A DNA stretch of 64,000 nucleotides from Phoronis australis (Eukaryota; Animalia; Phoronida): NCBI GenBank assembly GCA_002633005.1, contig NMRA01000343.1, positions 62,001 to 126,000 of the forward strand, in the 5' to 3' direction. A model generated the notes under the pieces. The model was not told where the DNA came from. It searched no databases and saw only the letters and a list, made by a program, of their open reading frames with translations. This document shows, piece after piece, positions 50,901 through 64,000 of this stretch. Within the stretch, counting starts at the first letter, position 1. Every line of letters begins with the position of its first letter. Position numbers and translations under genes: made by a program.

Positions 50901-53900
50901 TCCTTGAAAAACACTTATTTGTCAAATTTTGTGAACTTGGTAGATATGGAGTCATACGTAAAGAAAACCTAAATTGCCAATAGGTGACGCCATAGTAGTT
51001 GGTCTTATCCAAAATCAACATCAGGTGTATTCTCCTCAGCTGGATCATACATACCAAATTTCAACTTTCTAAAACTGCTCTGAGGTGGTGGGGTGTTACA
51101 TTATTAAAATCTCTTGGTCTATTTACACCGACCTCTTGTCTATTTACACTGTCACGATGTTTCGGTCGGTCTATTCTCCGGCCATTGTCAGGAGTTCCCG
51201 CGTTCTTAGAAGAACGAGCACGAATATGTGGTACACTCATGGTGTGATTTCTTAGTAATGATAATAATAATAATAAAGCTGTACAATATAAGCCATTCCA
51301 ACATTGAAGAAACAGATATAAATATTCAATAATTCTAACACATCGTGTCCTCAGTTGAAGTATCTTTACAATATTTATACATTAACTTACTGTGACCGAT
51401 CGAGTTCTCTTCATATCTAATGATGTAGTCCAGAATGAGACTAGTCCCTCTTGACTGCATGCAATGAATGTCCCGTCATTAGTGTCCGTGATCTTTAACA
51501 GTGTATCACGGTGGGGCCTAAAGTTCAAAAGCAAAGATCTGTCTGATTAGTTTTCTGACTACACAACAGATGGCATTCAGTACTTTTCAAAAAGGTGACA
51601 AATATCTTCCTGTTAAAAAACAACAAAATATCTCATTGACAACAAAATTTTGCATATAATTTTTTGATTTGACATTGTAAACATAGTTTCATTTATACCA
51701 GTCTTGATATAGTCCTATGATAAACATATAACCCTGATCACATGATCCCACATATGAGCCCTTCCCATGAGACCAAATCACACAGAAAACGTCAAGATTA
51801 TACTCATCACAAGCCAAAAACAGAATTACACAAAGGAAACCTTGACAATTATCGCTATTTCCATGTCAACGACATGCAAAACTTATGCTTTGTGAGAGAG
51901 GAGGTCTCAGCTTATGCTTTTGATTTCACAAATATGACGATGCAAAAACTCAACGCCTCATTCAATTCTTTTTCACATCATCAAAAATACACCGAAGCAA
52001 ATAACAGCTTGGGGCAATCATCACGGTTTGACGATAACATCCGAGCACTTTAGAAATGATTCATGTGGTAAACCTGTCCAGACCAACAAAATACCTTATA
52101 AACACATCTAGTTATTTCACTTCTAACATTTTCATCACAAAAATGTCAACAAAATGTACGTTTTAATGACTTGTGAAAACGGTTACAATGTCCAAAGCAA
52201 AAAAATCAGGTCAATTTTCAATATCTTTTACTAATGCCTTAATTAGATTGACTGAAACTCATGCAGAAAGTTGAACAAAGCGTGAAAATAAGAGATTTTC
52301 ACAATTGCACAGTTTAATCACCCAGTACACATCCAAAGTATTCACACAAAATGATCCGGAGAATTCCCCCTCATGACGGCTGGGCTGAAGCTCAATGCAA
52401 TGTCAGAGTAGTCTCCCCTGATGACTGAGAATGAAGGGGAATTAACAGCAAAGATAGCAAGGTGGCTAAGCATTTTGTAATTAGAATTTTGCCACACTTA
52501 GAGCTATTACTAGTGATTTTGCTATTAACAGAATTAGCTGTCAGGACAGGAAAACAGTACTTTGCCTGAGTACCTGTGTTGTACATTATATCGATCAAAA
52601 AACAAATGGTAACATGGTATAGTAGGCAGATATGAAGACTAATATATAACTATTATCTAAGCCCTCAGTTTCATTAATATCTTTTGTTGAACAGTTTCCA
52701 AAGACTTGAATTTAAAGTATGTGAAAATGGGTTAACAACTTTTTATGACCATTATAAAATGATTCAAACAGAAGTGCATTACTAGGAGACAGGCCACAAG
52801 ACCTCAAGATAATTATGTCGAGTATCCTATACATTGTTGTTAACTCCTGGAGACAACAAAATAAAACGCAATACTTAAAAAATCAGTTTTACTGCCTTTC
52901 AGTCTAGAAAGCGATGTATTTTTACAAAGAATGTTTTGTTCACAAATGGACTGATGTACTTCACAGATTTTATTAAGACAAATATTTGCGATAGTTTTTT
53001 TAAAATATTCTAATCACTAACACTAAGTACATTTTCACAGGAGGTAAATTGTTAAACACAGTATGTAGTATAATCACGCAATTATTGATTTTCACAGGTC
53101 AATAATTGTTTTTCAGATCCAAAAAGATGTGATTATCAGTAAAGTCTTCCCCTTTTCATTTTCAAGGAGGTAGTTAGGGTACATCCGTAACTTAAATACT
53201 GTGTAGCATTAACAACAAAGCAATGGACTGAACAAAAGTACTGAATTCAATCCTATCAAAACAAAAGTGAATTATGTTCGCATGCTTGACAAGCACGCAT
53301 GCGCTATTGAGCAATTGATGTGTTCAGCATTAAGAATCTATGAATTCATTGGATATGCACATTTTAGCGCAAATATCGCATGACGGGAACTGTCACGCTC
53401 TCGTGGAGGCTTGCAGTCAACGAGTGCTTCCTATTTTACAGTTAAACAAACAGGGTTGAGCAGATGGCTATCAAAAACTTCCAAGTATAGTCACGTGGTC
53501 GTGGTCCAGCAGTATTAAAGTCAAAATACGTCCAGCACAATAATTTGAGCTCGAATCCCAACAGAACAATAAATTCCAACAAATTTCTTCCAAGGTTTGG
53601 ATTTGTCGTGGCCAAAACATCGATTAATATGAATATTTACTGATTCAGTGTTATCGATCGTTGACGAGTTTAAAAATGTTTGAGTTTATCCAAATCACAT
53701 AATAATAATTTTGTCTTCATATATTTCAATCCGTTAATTACGTGACCATGCCGTGTTCTGGTTTCATTAGACCAGATAATATGCTTGGCAAGACTTGAAA
53801 AATGATTACGGTATCACAATATGGCCGACGAGTGAAATTCTATAATTGAACTTCATCAAAGTTCTCCACAGAAATAAAGATTAAATATGATCACTAGTGT

Positions 53901-54938
53901 AACAGGGCACAATATAAAGCCACTATCACACTCGCATATTAGCATTGTTTGTACTGTGTAGACATCATAAAATAACATTTTGTTAATGTTCCCATTATTT
54001 GCATCAAAATAATCAGCCTTTGAAAAATGGAAAACTGTCAATGTTTAAAATTATCTTCGTGCAAAATAAGTGAAGAATTACCTAATACCAACAATATGAA
54101 ACAAAAATTTACAAAACTTCAACATAATCCCCCCCTCCCCTCCTCACTTACATGGACTTGGCCACTTTGGCTGGCAAGTGAAAGCAGACTTCTTTGGATC
54201 GTATGTACGAGTCCTCTTTCTCTGCATACTCCAGTTGCATATATGTACAAAACTCATCCCATGTGATTTGACCATCAGATGACCAGTCGATCTTGTAGAA
54301 CAAGGCATCAATTTGCTGGTCCTGTCACACAAATTCAAAAACAAAAAAAAACGTTCAGAAACAAGATCTCGCAACGTGGACGTGGAATATGATTACGTCA
54401 TTTTTCCTTCATTTTTGAATGAATTACCTGAGCAACTTCAAAGGCAAGTTCAACTACAACGCATCGCTCCTTTTAGAACGAGTTTATTTGAATAAAGGCA
54501 TTTTCTCTATCTTTATCAGCATAACTATGAGAAAAATTCTTACATTAAGGACAAAAAAGAATTGCCAAAACCTTAGTATTTTTTCAAATGCTCAGACTTG
54601 TCTCAAATGTTAGTTTTATGATATCTGAACAGTAATTTCTCAATTGAGGCCCAACACTTGAAAAAACAACAACAAAACTCTGCCGGTGTGCTCCTATACT
54701 TTGCAAATTTTCCATGAGAAGAGAGTTCGAGATCTTTCCTTTGAAAACTACTGTCCTGTGACATGAATGGTTCAGTTCAAACTAAATGAACCCATACCTT
54801 GGTTCCCGACAGCGACAGTTTGCTTTTGAGCAAAATCTTAAATTCATCAAGATCCAACTCTCCGGAGCCATCTTCATCTGCTTCTTCAAAAGCTTGTTTT
54901 AACAGCTCGAGCGTGTCAATGTTGATTTTCTCCTCAAT
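26947..54938 (-). CDS. WDR49: EF-hand plus WD40-repeat ciliary protein, WDR49/CFAP337 (WDR64/EFCAB8/WDY family)-like; first coding exon unresolved
   Basis: Phase-consistent GT-AG exons: 54938-54798 (EF hand ADEDGSGELDLDEF), 54321-54152 (KIDWSSDGQITWDEFCTYM), 51517-51391, 49155-49067, 47397-47305, 46441-46349, 45455-45268, 43951-43742, 43269-43121 (GMDRIVRMWNPY..LRGH), 42475-42324, 39565-39463, 39061-38955, 37815-37736 (ITGARDGAVKIWNYNNG), 35107-35053, 33308-33200 (AVGWDRRI), 32999-32837 (LATSSYDGEVIIWN), 31835-31684, 31307-31163, 30288-30160 (WRGH..SSSLDCTVRLW), 29809-29625 (GTFGQPEPW), 29098-28983, 27106-26947 (TGA). The family is clear; the exact paralog name is from memory. Likely minus-strand AATAAA near 25198-25203. 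Confidence 0.8.
27298..27393. repeat. Minisatellite, ~24-bp unit x4
   Basis: aaatgaatattcttagcagcataa repeated. Confidence 0.9.
27568..27626. repeat. 29-bp direct tandem duplication
   Basis: caaaacataacagatttgaagttcgtcta x2. Confidence 0.85.
28086..28235. repeat. Minisatellite, ~53-bp unit x~3
   Basis: tcaactgg(a/g)tcaagctaggtcactgagcctggtatcaaccaatcatacaataa repeated. Confidence 0.9.
30915..31139 (-). mobile_element. SINE-like interspersed repeat (decayed tRNA-like head), copy A
   Basis: The reverse complement (gaggaggcagtgtggcattgtgtg...ccactgggccacactgctagacccttgagtcaggtttcta...ggtgatcagtgcaat) aligns along its length with 47571-47800. Confidence 0.65.
37917..38243. mobile_element. Degenerate MITE with a duplicated right end
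   Basis: Left ccgtacacactggcaaact versus right agttttcagtgtgaacgggccttta. ttcagtgtgaacgggccttta occurs twice in tandem. Internal ggcaaact/agtttgcc-like repeats. Confidence 0.45.
47571..47800 (+). mobile_element. SINE-like interspersed repeat, copy B
   Basis: gaggaggcagtgcgccctagtgtgataagtgcc...ccactgggccacactgctagacccttaagtcaggtttcta...ggtgatcagtgcaat; homologous to copy A in the opposite orientation. Confidence 0.65.
48653..48800. repeat. Perfect inverted repeat, 71-bp arms with a 6-nt spacer
   Basis: 48653-48723 is the exact reverse complement of 48730-48800; spacer aacaga. Confidence 0.95.
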
Positions 54939-57900
54939 CTGAAACATATCGCAAAATCAACTGTTAGAAATATCAAAAAGACAACTGCTCTACCCCTTAC
55001 CCTGGATGATTTGTGCAGACTTCATCCCATTTAGCAAGTTTTTATCTGCAATTTTATTGCTTCCACAGCTTCACATCTGACAACACCTAGCAGAATTTCT
55101 TTTATTGAAGCCAAAGTCTCACTTGTACTTTTATACATCAAGTTTGACACTTGCTGTTAGTCTTTAACAAAATCGCCGAAACTGTAACACGACACCACTG
55201 TTTTGGGACTGTTAACAATGGATAGAAAAATAATACAATTTATACGAAAAATTTAAATTTGGAAAATGTCCTAGAAAAGATCTCTACTTGGCTATTACCG
55301 TATTCCAAGAAAAGTTTATAATTATAATGTAGGTCAATGACATCACACAGAGTGAAATAAATAACTTTAAAGAATTCTTTTCCTACCAAGACTTAACGAC
55401 TGCCAACACTGCATTTTAAATGAAACTGATGGGAAAATTTTCAATTTTGAACGACATCACTGATTTGTATTATTGTGTATGTCTAGTAAAAATGATATAA
55501 CCAAAATGGCAAAGTGCTATGCAACAAACTAGTAACTGTGAATCTATGCTAATTTGAAATTACAGTCCAGTTGTCATGATAACAAACCAAAACATAACCA
55601 CATGCGCATGGCAGGTTTTGATTGGGTATCTCTGATCATTTATTTGTATGGTACGAAAGGTCAGACGTATTTAGAGATAGAGGCACGTTTTATATTTACT
55701 TGGTCTGATACCGTGAAATTAAAAAGCCCAAAGGAAAAAATGTAACTGAAACTACGAAGTTGACTCAGCAATCCATGAGTAACATGAAACAGAAATAAGC
55801 TCAACTGACATAAACTGATTGGGTTGTTTTTAAAAACAAATCAAGGGTCCTTATCAGCGAGCAAAAAGGATTTTTTAAATCAGTCTCAGCATGGAATCAT
55901 TAACCCGCAACCCCTTCGAGTGCAGCCATAATGGTGTGCTGATGGCTTCAATCAGACATCATACAGTAAATGGCTGAGCAGGTAAAGTAACCAGCCTTGT
56001 TTTCAGTGAAGGTCTGGTAGACAACGGTGAGGATTGTTGATTTATAATAAAATAATGAATATAACGGATTTTTTTCTTTAATATAGCTCTGGTCAAAGCT
56101 ATTAACACCATGACATTTCTCACTCGACAATTAGTTGTAAACCCCTTGTTTTGAACAAATAACTTCAAAGAATACTATTCACCGGTAAGTCTGAAATCTA
56201 CTTAAATGTTTCTTATCATTTGACTTTTGACTATTCTGCATAAGCATTTCACAAGCAAAATGGTAGCTCAAATACCACAATAAACCCGTCATACGGCTAC
56301 ACCAGACAAAACTAAATTCTCACAATTAGGAGGTTCGAGAACAAATCTGCCACACAAACTCTATACCATCCCACACAGCCTCGCACGAGAATAACTTTAC
56401 GTGACACATCAAAATTTGTTCAACTAAACAGACAATATGTTCTCTACTTCTTTTGAGGACACCTTCCCTCTCCTCCCCTCTCAGAGTCTTACCACCATTA
56501 AGTTTTGACTGGAGCCACTGAGTATAGTTATAGAGCTGAAGTAAAAAGGTATTTCACAACGCAGACACTTCAACACCGTTTTGTAACACAGAAAATACAA
56601 AATACAAATAATCTTAATAACAAAAATTTTAGCAAAAATAAAGACTGAAGATTGAGCAACTCACAAGAGCCAAAACTCGTATCAGGATTTCCCAGAGGGA
56701 GCAGCAGTAGCCCTCCCATCCACAAATGGTCTTGAATATGACCGAAGGTGGTCGATCTCCTTTCAGCGGATCAAAATCCAAAATGGTCTTTTTATACTCG
56801 GCTGTACTCGGCAAGCACCTCAGTTTCACATTAGGCAACTCCCGCACAGAGATTCTACCACTAGTCATTATTATATCTCATGAGTACAAGTCTACATCGC
56901 GTGATGTGAATTAAGAATTGATGGCCGCCATGAACCAGCCCCGTGTCACAGCTAGTAACAGTACACAGATCACCGCCAACTGACAACGGTAAAGCCTCTC
57001 CTTGATAATATAGTGATGAATGTCCGTGTCCCTCAAATCCTTTCTAATAAGTTGTGAAGAAAACACAACAACAGACACCTTAAACAAATATTGGCTATCA
57101 TTTTAACACTGATAACTACACCTAAGGCCAGTGCTTTTTACAGCTTCACTCTTCTCGCAGTTGCCAATACATTAACTCTCAGAGGTATATCAAAATATTG
57201 TGTCATGTACAAACACAGCCCTACAGAGATATCAAAACATCACATCATCACCCATTAAAATTTTCGCATTCCTGAACAAACATAACATAATGTATGAAAC
57301 CTTGCCAAGCTATTTTGCTTTGACAATTCAAGTCTTTAACAGCATGATTATTCAATTACCTGTATAAACAAAACAAACAGAGTTATGGCCATCACCAAGA
57401 AAGCAAAACACAGTGTGAGCAAATGAAGTTTGTTTTAACCTAATCCCAGTTAATTCAATTTACAGCTCAAATAATGACAAATGTCACATGTCAAATTTTG
57501 TGCAGATTTAAATCTTATGGGTAACTGGAGAGAAATTCCGCAGGTTGAAATCAATTCAAACCTCATATCTCAGGACAATTTCCAAAAAATCTTAACTTTG
57601 ACTGAAACAGAAACATGTAACACATACAGTACGTTAATTATAATTACCACCCAACAAAGACTCGTACATACATACTCGTTCCATTCCGACATACTGAGGA
57701 AAGTAATATTGGATTAGTTTGTTTCGAGAAAGCAAACTAATGGAAATGTTGAGTATGTTTGTAATAGCATGATTTTAGATCTTTTGAATGTGGTTAAAAT
57801 TGTAGCAACACCACTTTAAATTAACATGTAAATGGAGAAGACAAGATAAGAGAAGGTAAAAGTACGATAAAGGAAATCCAGAGTATCAACAATCTAACTA

Positions 57901-59548
57901 ATCTTTCCTCGCAATGCCCTTCGTCACTTACACCTCGAGAGCTGTCTCAAGTGGGTCCACTAGGGGATAAGTAGCTTATAGATTCAATGCACTTGTTTCA
58001 TTGGGGTGAAATTGAATTTGGGTACCAAATAATCTCACTGATTTAGAACAAAATACGACGGGGGAGGTGAAAGTTTATTTACCTTCTTACACAACGATTC
58101 ACAATACTGGAATTTATGCTTTGCAATATCTAAGTTCTGTAGCTACCAACAGAAAAGATTTTGAAAATTTGTAGCCAGTGATAGAAGCCTTTGAAAAATT
58201 AAAAGGTGTTTATAATTTTTCAATTACTTTTGAACGAAACTGGATAGATTTTACCATAACAATACTAGTTGCTAAGAAATTTAAATTGTTTTCAAAACAG
58301 AAATGTTTACAACCATGGTGAGAGACTGGTTTCTGCCTGTGATTTGAGCAGAGGAAAATGTCTGTTTTTTCCAAATTCACCACAATAATTCTTCCCCAGT
58401 TAAACAACTTTAAAACATTTTGCGGACATTATTTAAAATTCAAGAGAGAGAGACTAACCATTATAACATCTGGCACTCGAGTTTCTCCTCAGCTTACACA
58501 AACACAGATCAATACAGTATCTGATCATCTAGTTTTAATTTTTTTCTATTATTCGCAATCTTTTTCAGGAAAGAAATAAAACTACGTTGAATTAACATAA
58601 ACCAATCCAGTGCTATTTTTTTAGTTTCACTCCAGCAATATCCATGGCTAGGCAAATACATTAAAAATGCACACATGGTGTGCAGAATCTGAGCCATAAC
58701 CCAGTGTCTGAAGTTTTCTGAAGGTCAAGAAATTCAAAATATCCATGTTGTTTCTAATTGGCAGGTTTTCTTATTTATGGGACCAACAAACTTGAGACCT
58801 GTTATTAAAAACAATTCCAAGACCATCAAAGCATCCATTTTCAGTTAGGGCTGAATATAGGACCCATTACCCTATAAAAATATTTAAATTAAATTCCCCT
58901 CAACATTGGCCCAAAATATCCCGACCAGAAATTGAAAAAATTCCTTAAAGGCAAGAATCATTTCTGCAAAACATTAGTTTTGGCTACCTGAGGAACTGTC
59001 TTTGAGGCATTACCACTGAATGAGGGGTGGCGACGTGGGTGTGGGGATTTTCAAAAAATGTCCTCTCAAAAGGCACAATAAACTTTCCACACAGGTGAGC
59101 GAGAACCCAGTGCCCAGTTGCATGAAACAATCTCAAACAAGGACTAAACCAAGTTCCCTAAATCTACTGTGTATTTATGGATTTGTGAAAACACTGATTT
59201 TTATTATTACTAAGTTGACTTTTTATTTTGATAAAAATCGAGAGTGAACTCTACATTGAATTCTCAGTATTATTGAATTGAAAATAAGTAGGGGTCGACA
59301 ACGCCCCTAATTTAAGGACCAAGTCAATACTTTCATGGAACTAAGGGCTCAATGTTTACTTCGCAATAATTTTAGAAAATGCCATTGATGTCTATGGCCA
59401 TTAGTCAAAGAGGAGCTTATTCTAAAGACTACATAATAGAAAAAGATTATACCCGTTACTAAAGAACTACACAGAATATGCAAAATATTTAGGAAGTTAG
59501 TTGAGCTTCGATTTGGACCATTTTATGCAACAGGGTTCTGAAATCGTA

Positions 59549-59938
59549 CCTTGCTCAATAACTGAGCACTTGGTAGACTCTTATACATGCAATGGCTACT
59601 ACCTCTTTCAGAAAATTCTGCTCCAAGTTGTCTCCACCTTCACGCTCATCTTCCCCTTCACTTTTTTCTTCATCATATTCTGAGTCGTACCAGCTGTCGG
59701 TCACTTCCATCGACTCATAGGTCTTACCCATGGGTATTTGGGTATTGAACGCCACCTCAGTTCCGGTTTCATTATCCGATGTGAGCAGTGACAACCGTGA
59801 CGGGGACGAAACCGGTGGTTCCGGAGCGAGTTTTACATCGCCTTCTGTCTTTGATCTTCTCAGGACTATCGTGTCATTACTCTCCGTAGCAGTCTGTATC
59901 AACTCACCTTTAGTCACCGAGCGAACACCCAACGACAT
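59549..59938 (-). CDS. Candidate upstream or alternative first coding exon of the WD40 gene (acidic, low-complexity N-terminus)
   Basis: ATG at 59938 opens MSLGVRSVTKGELIQ...DSEYDEEKSEGEDEREGG. Possible donors are GAG|gtagta (in frame) or AAG|gtacga (needs a frameshift). Confidence 0.35.
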
Positions 59939-62900
59939 GATTGCAGATTGATAAAGTAAATTATCACACAAAGTTGTGCAGAAGAAACCTTTTGATGACT
60001 AGATGACGTTAAGCACCAATTCAATGTTAACAGTGACTAGAGCTATTGTCTTCACAGAAGACGCTAATGCGTCAACCATCTTTTCATTATTAAGATGGGA
60101 ATCTTGTGTTTTGCAAATCACCGTGCAGCGCGGAGCACAGAACAACACAGCTTGGTTACTCAACCAGGACCTGAGCATAAACTCGCTTGTTCTAGGTAGA
60201 AACCTCGTACCACGGCTATAGTTTCTTTACCCTGTGCATTACCACTGGATCAACGAATTAGGCAAGAGCAGGAGAGCATTACACGAAACTGCACAACCAA
60301 ATCACTAGGAGCAATCCCACTTTAACCTATGTCAACACTTAACAACCATGTATCCTGAACAATGGAGTCACAAATTTAGATTGAAGACCTTGAAGTACTC
60401 AATGTCATGAAGGTTGTTCATCACCGTGTTCCACATATGAAGACTAGAAACTGGTATTCTCTCCCCACAAGATACTATTTCAATATCACCACAGCTTCTC
60501 AGTATTTCTTTGTCTTGTAAGTAGCCAAAGGCCAAGTGCTCTGAGCAAGGTGAACTTTCCCACAGTCAATATGGAGATCTCCAATTCCACATTATCTTCA
60601 TTCATAATCACTCAAGCCTTACTGTTTCCAATACAAGGTGAGCCACCACAACTAGGCAAGCAATCATTATGTGTATCCATAGGGGGCAACATTAACTCCC
60701 TGTTGCATGATACCAAGACCAGAGGTCAAAATGACTGGCTACCTTTTGGGGCGCCAACAAGCCAAATATAATACAGCCATGGATATATTTATGATGTTGA
60801 TAAAAGGTGGAAAATCCAGTCTATCAATGAGATATTCTGCCTTTGGCAGTTACTGCATGAATACGTAAGGGGATTTATACTCCTGGTTGTTATAGGATCT
60901 AATCGGAATTGAAAGAGAGTTCCACTTGGATTACAAGAAAAATATTTGGAAACTAAGGTCCTGAAAGGGCTTTCAAACCCCAATTATACCAGCGATTAGC
61001 ATGAACAAAAGTTCTATTATTGGAACGCCTGTTCAACATAAAGTGGGGATTAGGTCAACTTTCTTAAAGCAATTCAAAAATGCTGCTTATTAAAAGTAGT
61101 AACAATTCAGATGGACTGTAACCTGTGTGGGTTTCTCTAGTACAGAAAATAGAAAGCGTGAAATAATTATAGCAATAAAAACAAGGTAACAATAGAATTG
61201 AGAAGCAGAGTGAATAAGTAACTTGAGATGAAAAAAAACACCCTAAGAAATGTAATTATGTGCACGTTGTCTTCAAAATCCACGGTAATACGTACTTAAC
61301 GACCATAACTAAATCTGAATGTTTTGTCATCCAGATATCATACATTGATTGCGCTTATGAAATTTATTTTTATCCATACCTCATTTTAAGTTTGCATGTC
61401 AGTGTATGGTATTGAATTATTAATTTATAATCTAACATTTTTTTATTTCATTCTTTACATTTTATTACATTCCACTCACTCAAATTATGCAAAGTATACA
61501 TAAATGGTCTACAAAATGTAGAGCATCCAAAACATCTCTCAGTCCCTGACACACACAATCCCAGGTCACCCGAGTTACGGCAAACACGAGAGTCAAAAGC
61601 TATTCTAAAAGACGTGACGAAGTGCACACCATCTTGTCAAATTGTGAACGCCTACACTTTTTCTTGACAATAAATTTTTCTTAATTACAAAATTGTCTAA
61701 AGGTATCAAATGATGGCCTGAATTTCACAATAAGTTGCTTATAAATATTAAACCCATATTTCCTAATACTTAAATCATTCCTTTTTATTATGCTTATTAT
61801 CTTGTCATTTTTATTAATTTTGATAATTTGAAACGAAATTTCAAATAAATTGTTTCATTATACTCAAACAGCATTTTTCATTTCACACCGAATATCTACA
61901 TGGGTATGCTTAGCAACAAACACGTTTACCAACTGAAGAAAACCACAAGACTTGACACCAAGCTTGCAGCACAAATGACAAAAGTCTGCTTCAAGTCTGC
62001 AAACTTGTTTTGTCAAAGACACAGGGTTGTCAACAGGGCGCTTAGTCAGAACACATAAAATACACACTATTGCTTCTACATAAATGCATAATTAAGAAAA
62101 AATACAGGAGGCATCAATGGTTCAAGGACAGACACGGCAGTCCAAAATCGTGCTATTGATGATTTTTGGGCATTTTCAGATTTCATCGTTTTTCATCACT
62201 TCAATGTATAGTTTACAGGATTTTATTATGGCAGATAGTCCAAATCATATGGAAAATAGGAAAAAAAAAACAATTCATTGTCAAGTACCTCACTTTATTT
62301 GAGTAACATTTCACCAATATGTCCTTCAAAATTACCAAAATTTAAGTGGCCTTGCAGCCCCAATGCCTTGGCCGATCGAAGCAAATGAGTCATACCTTGT
62401 TTTTAAGGAAATTATGCCCTCTATCGGATGTTGTCATTTACATAAGGATATTTCCACGTATATTCGGCTAAGAAATATATTTGCAGGCCTTACGCTATGC
62501 ATTCTTATATTCTGCTGAACAGTTACGAAAAATAATAAGGACAACGCGCATTCTGATTGGTCAACTGGCACACGTGACCAGCTTCGTTTATCCGTCAGCA
62601 ACTTGTTAGCAACCACCAGGAACAAGCAGCCATTTTGACGGCTTGATTACATCAGATTTTTCTGTTTGGTTTTCCGATTATTTTTTACCAATTTTCAATA
62701 CCTTATAAAAATTACTGTCAAGTACTCTTGAATTTCCTTCTGTTGTTTTGTATATCCGTGCTTTTATTATAATTCAAAAAAAACAGATCAGAAAAATGTC
62801 AACAGGTACATGACGTAAAGAGTTTCTCGTGGACGTTCCGATGTTACGCAATTTTTGGCGTTGCTGAGGCGACCGAATATTTTTTTCTCAGAATGATTAT

Positions 62901-63135
62901 TTTATGATCGTCGTATCACGCACACCATCCCCAATGATTTTTATTGAAATCCATCAACATTTGCAGATTTTGATAAAACAATGCCCAGTCTGACCTCAAT
63001 AAAACAGTACTGCTAAGTTATAACTCTGCATATGAAATGTTGTTAAAAAGCTTTATAATAAAACCGATACTGATGACAAATGATGACGACAATGACAAAA
63101 TGATGACAAATGACGATACATCTAAAACTACTTAC

Positions 63136-63255
63136 CCAACCCTTCCAACCAGTAAACTCAGGCTCGGGAACAATTTCCTTTTGTACATAAGGATTAGGAA
63201 ACTTTTTCTCCGCACTCCCTTTCCCACTGTTTTTCATAAGTTTCTGGTAACTATG
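63136..63255 (-). CDS. Candidate upstream exon (MHSYQKLMKNSGKGSAEKKFPNPYVQKEIVPEPEFTGWKGW)
   Basis: Ends at a consensus donor TGG|gtaagt in phase 0, compatible with the EF-hand exon. The link to the WD40 gene is unproven. Confidence 0.3.
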
Positions 63256-64000
63256 CATAATTCCAGCTTGCAAAAATGTGAACAGGATGTACTTCTTTCT
63301 TTTCAGAGTGACAGAGTGAGATCAGGGTTGATCAGCAAAGTTTTATCAATAATTCAATTCTCTTCTTCTTGAGCAGAGAATGGTTTAAAGTTTAATGAAG
63401 CCATCACAGCGTGTGTCTTAATTAACCGCTTTCGTTTGGGCAGAAGAAGAAAACAATGTAGCAGGTGATTTCTTTTCTTTGAAAATGAATACTGAAAATG
63501 AACAATGTACCAGTTGTTTTGTCAACTGTGAAGAAATGTCAAGAGCATTTCAAAATAAACAGGGAACCGAGAAAACTATACAGCCCAAAAAACACACCGT
63601 TAGGAACTTGTACCGCAGACAGAAGAGATGGGCAAAATGATTAAAATTATTAAAATGCAGGGAAATGATATATATTTAGATATATCCATAATTCAGTCTA
63701 AACCATAGTAGTCAACATCAGGAAAAACCATAAGGTTATGAATAGAGACAAAGGCTGCTCTACTTTGTCACACCCATGGCCCAATCGTTGGAGAACCAGC
63801 GGGAAATGGATTCATTTTGTTCAACTTGTGTTCTTGACCAGAGTACCCACCTGCCCGTCAGTTTGTGATCAAGTGTATCGAACACAAAATAACATTCAGG
63901 GGTGGATCCAGGATTTTGAGTTGGGGGGGAGGGCCAGGGCACAGAAATAACCAGGATTTCACCACATGTGCGCAACCAGTCTAAAATGTAGGGATGTAGG

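Overview
AT-rich, intron-rich animal genomic DNA. It is probably a marine invertebrate (an inference from gene content and repeats). Most ORF-track entries are spurious, so genes were rebuilt by hand from GT-AG exons with phase checks. (1) The last 7 exons of axonemal dynein heavy chain DNAH2 (+, 382-4313). (2) An intact 8-exon minus-strand gene (15091->6300) encoding a 424-aa secreted, helical/coiled-coil protein of unrecognised family, with a signal peptide, an RxxR site and hydrophobic segments. Its first coding intron carries an internally deleted Kolobok-type transposon (THAP plus convergent KolX-like ORF). (3) An intergenic block (about 15.3-25 kb) containing three diverged ~75-80 nt candidate small-RNA genes. 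Each has a hairpin-Sm site-hairpin architecture and snRNA-type promoter motifs at near-identical spacing (-58 and -247/-248), and they match no spliceosomal snRNA I recognise. This is the most interesting signal. The block also holds other structured GC-rich islands and MITEs. (4) A 21-exon minus-strand EF-hand/WD40 gene (WDR49/CFAP337-like, 54938->26947, 5' end unresolved) with SINEs, minisatellites and a perfect 71-bp palindrome in its introns.
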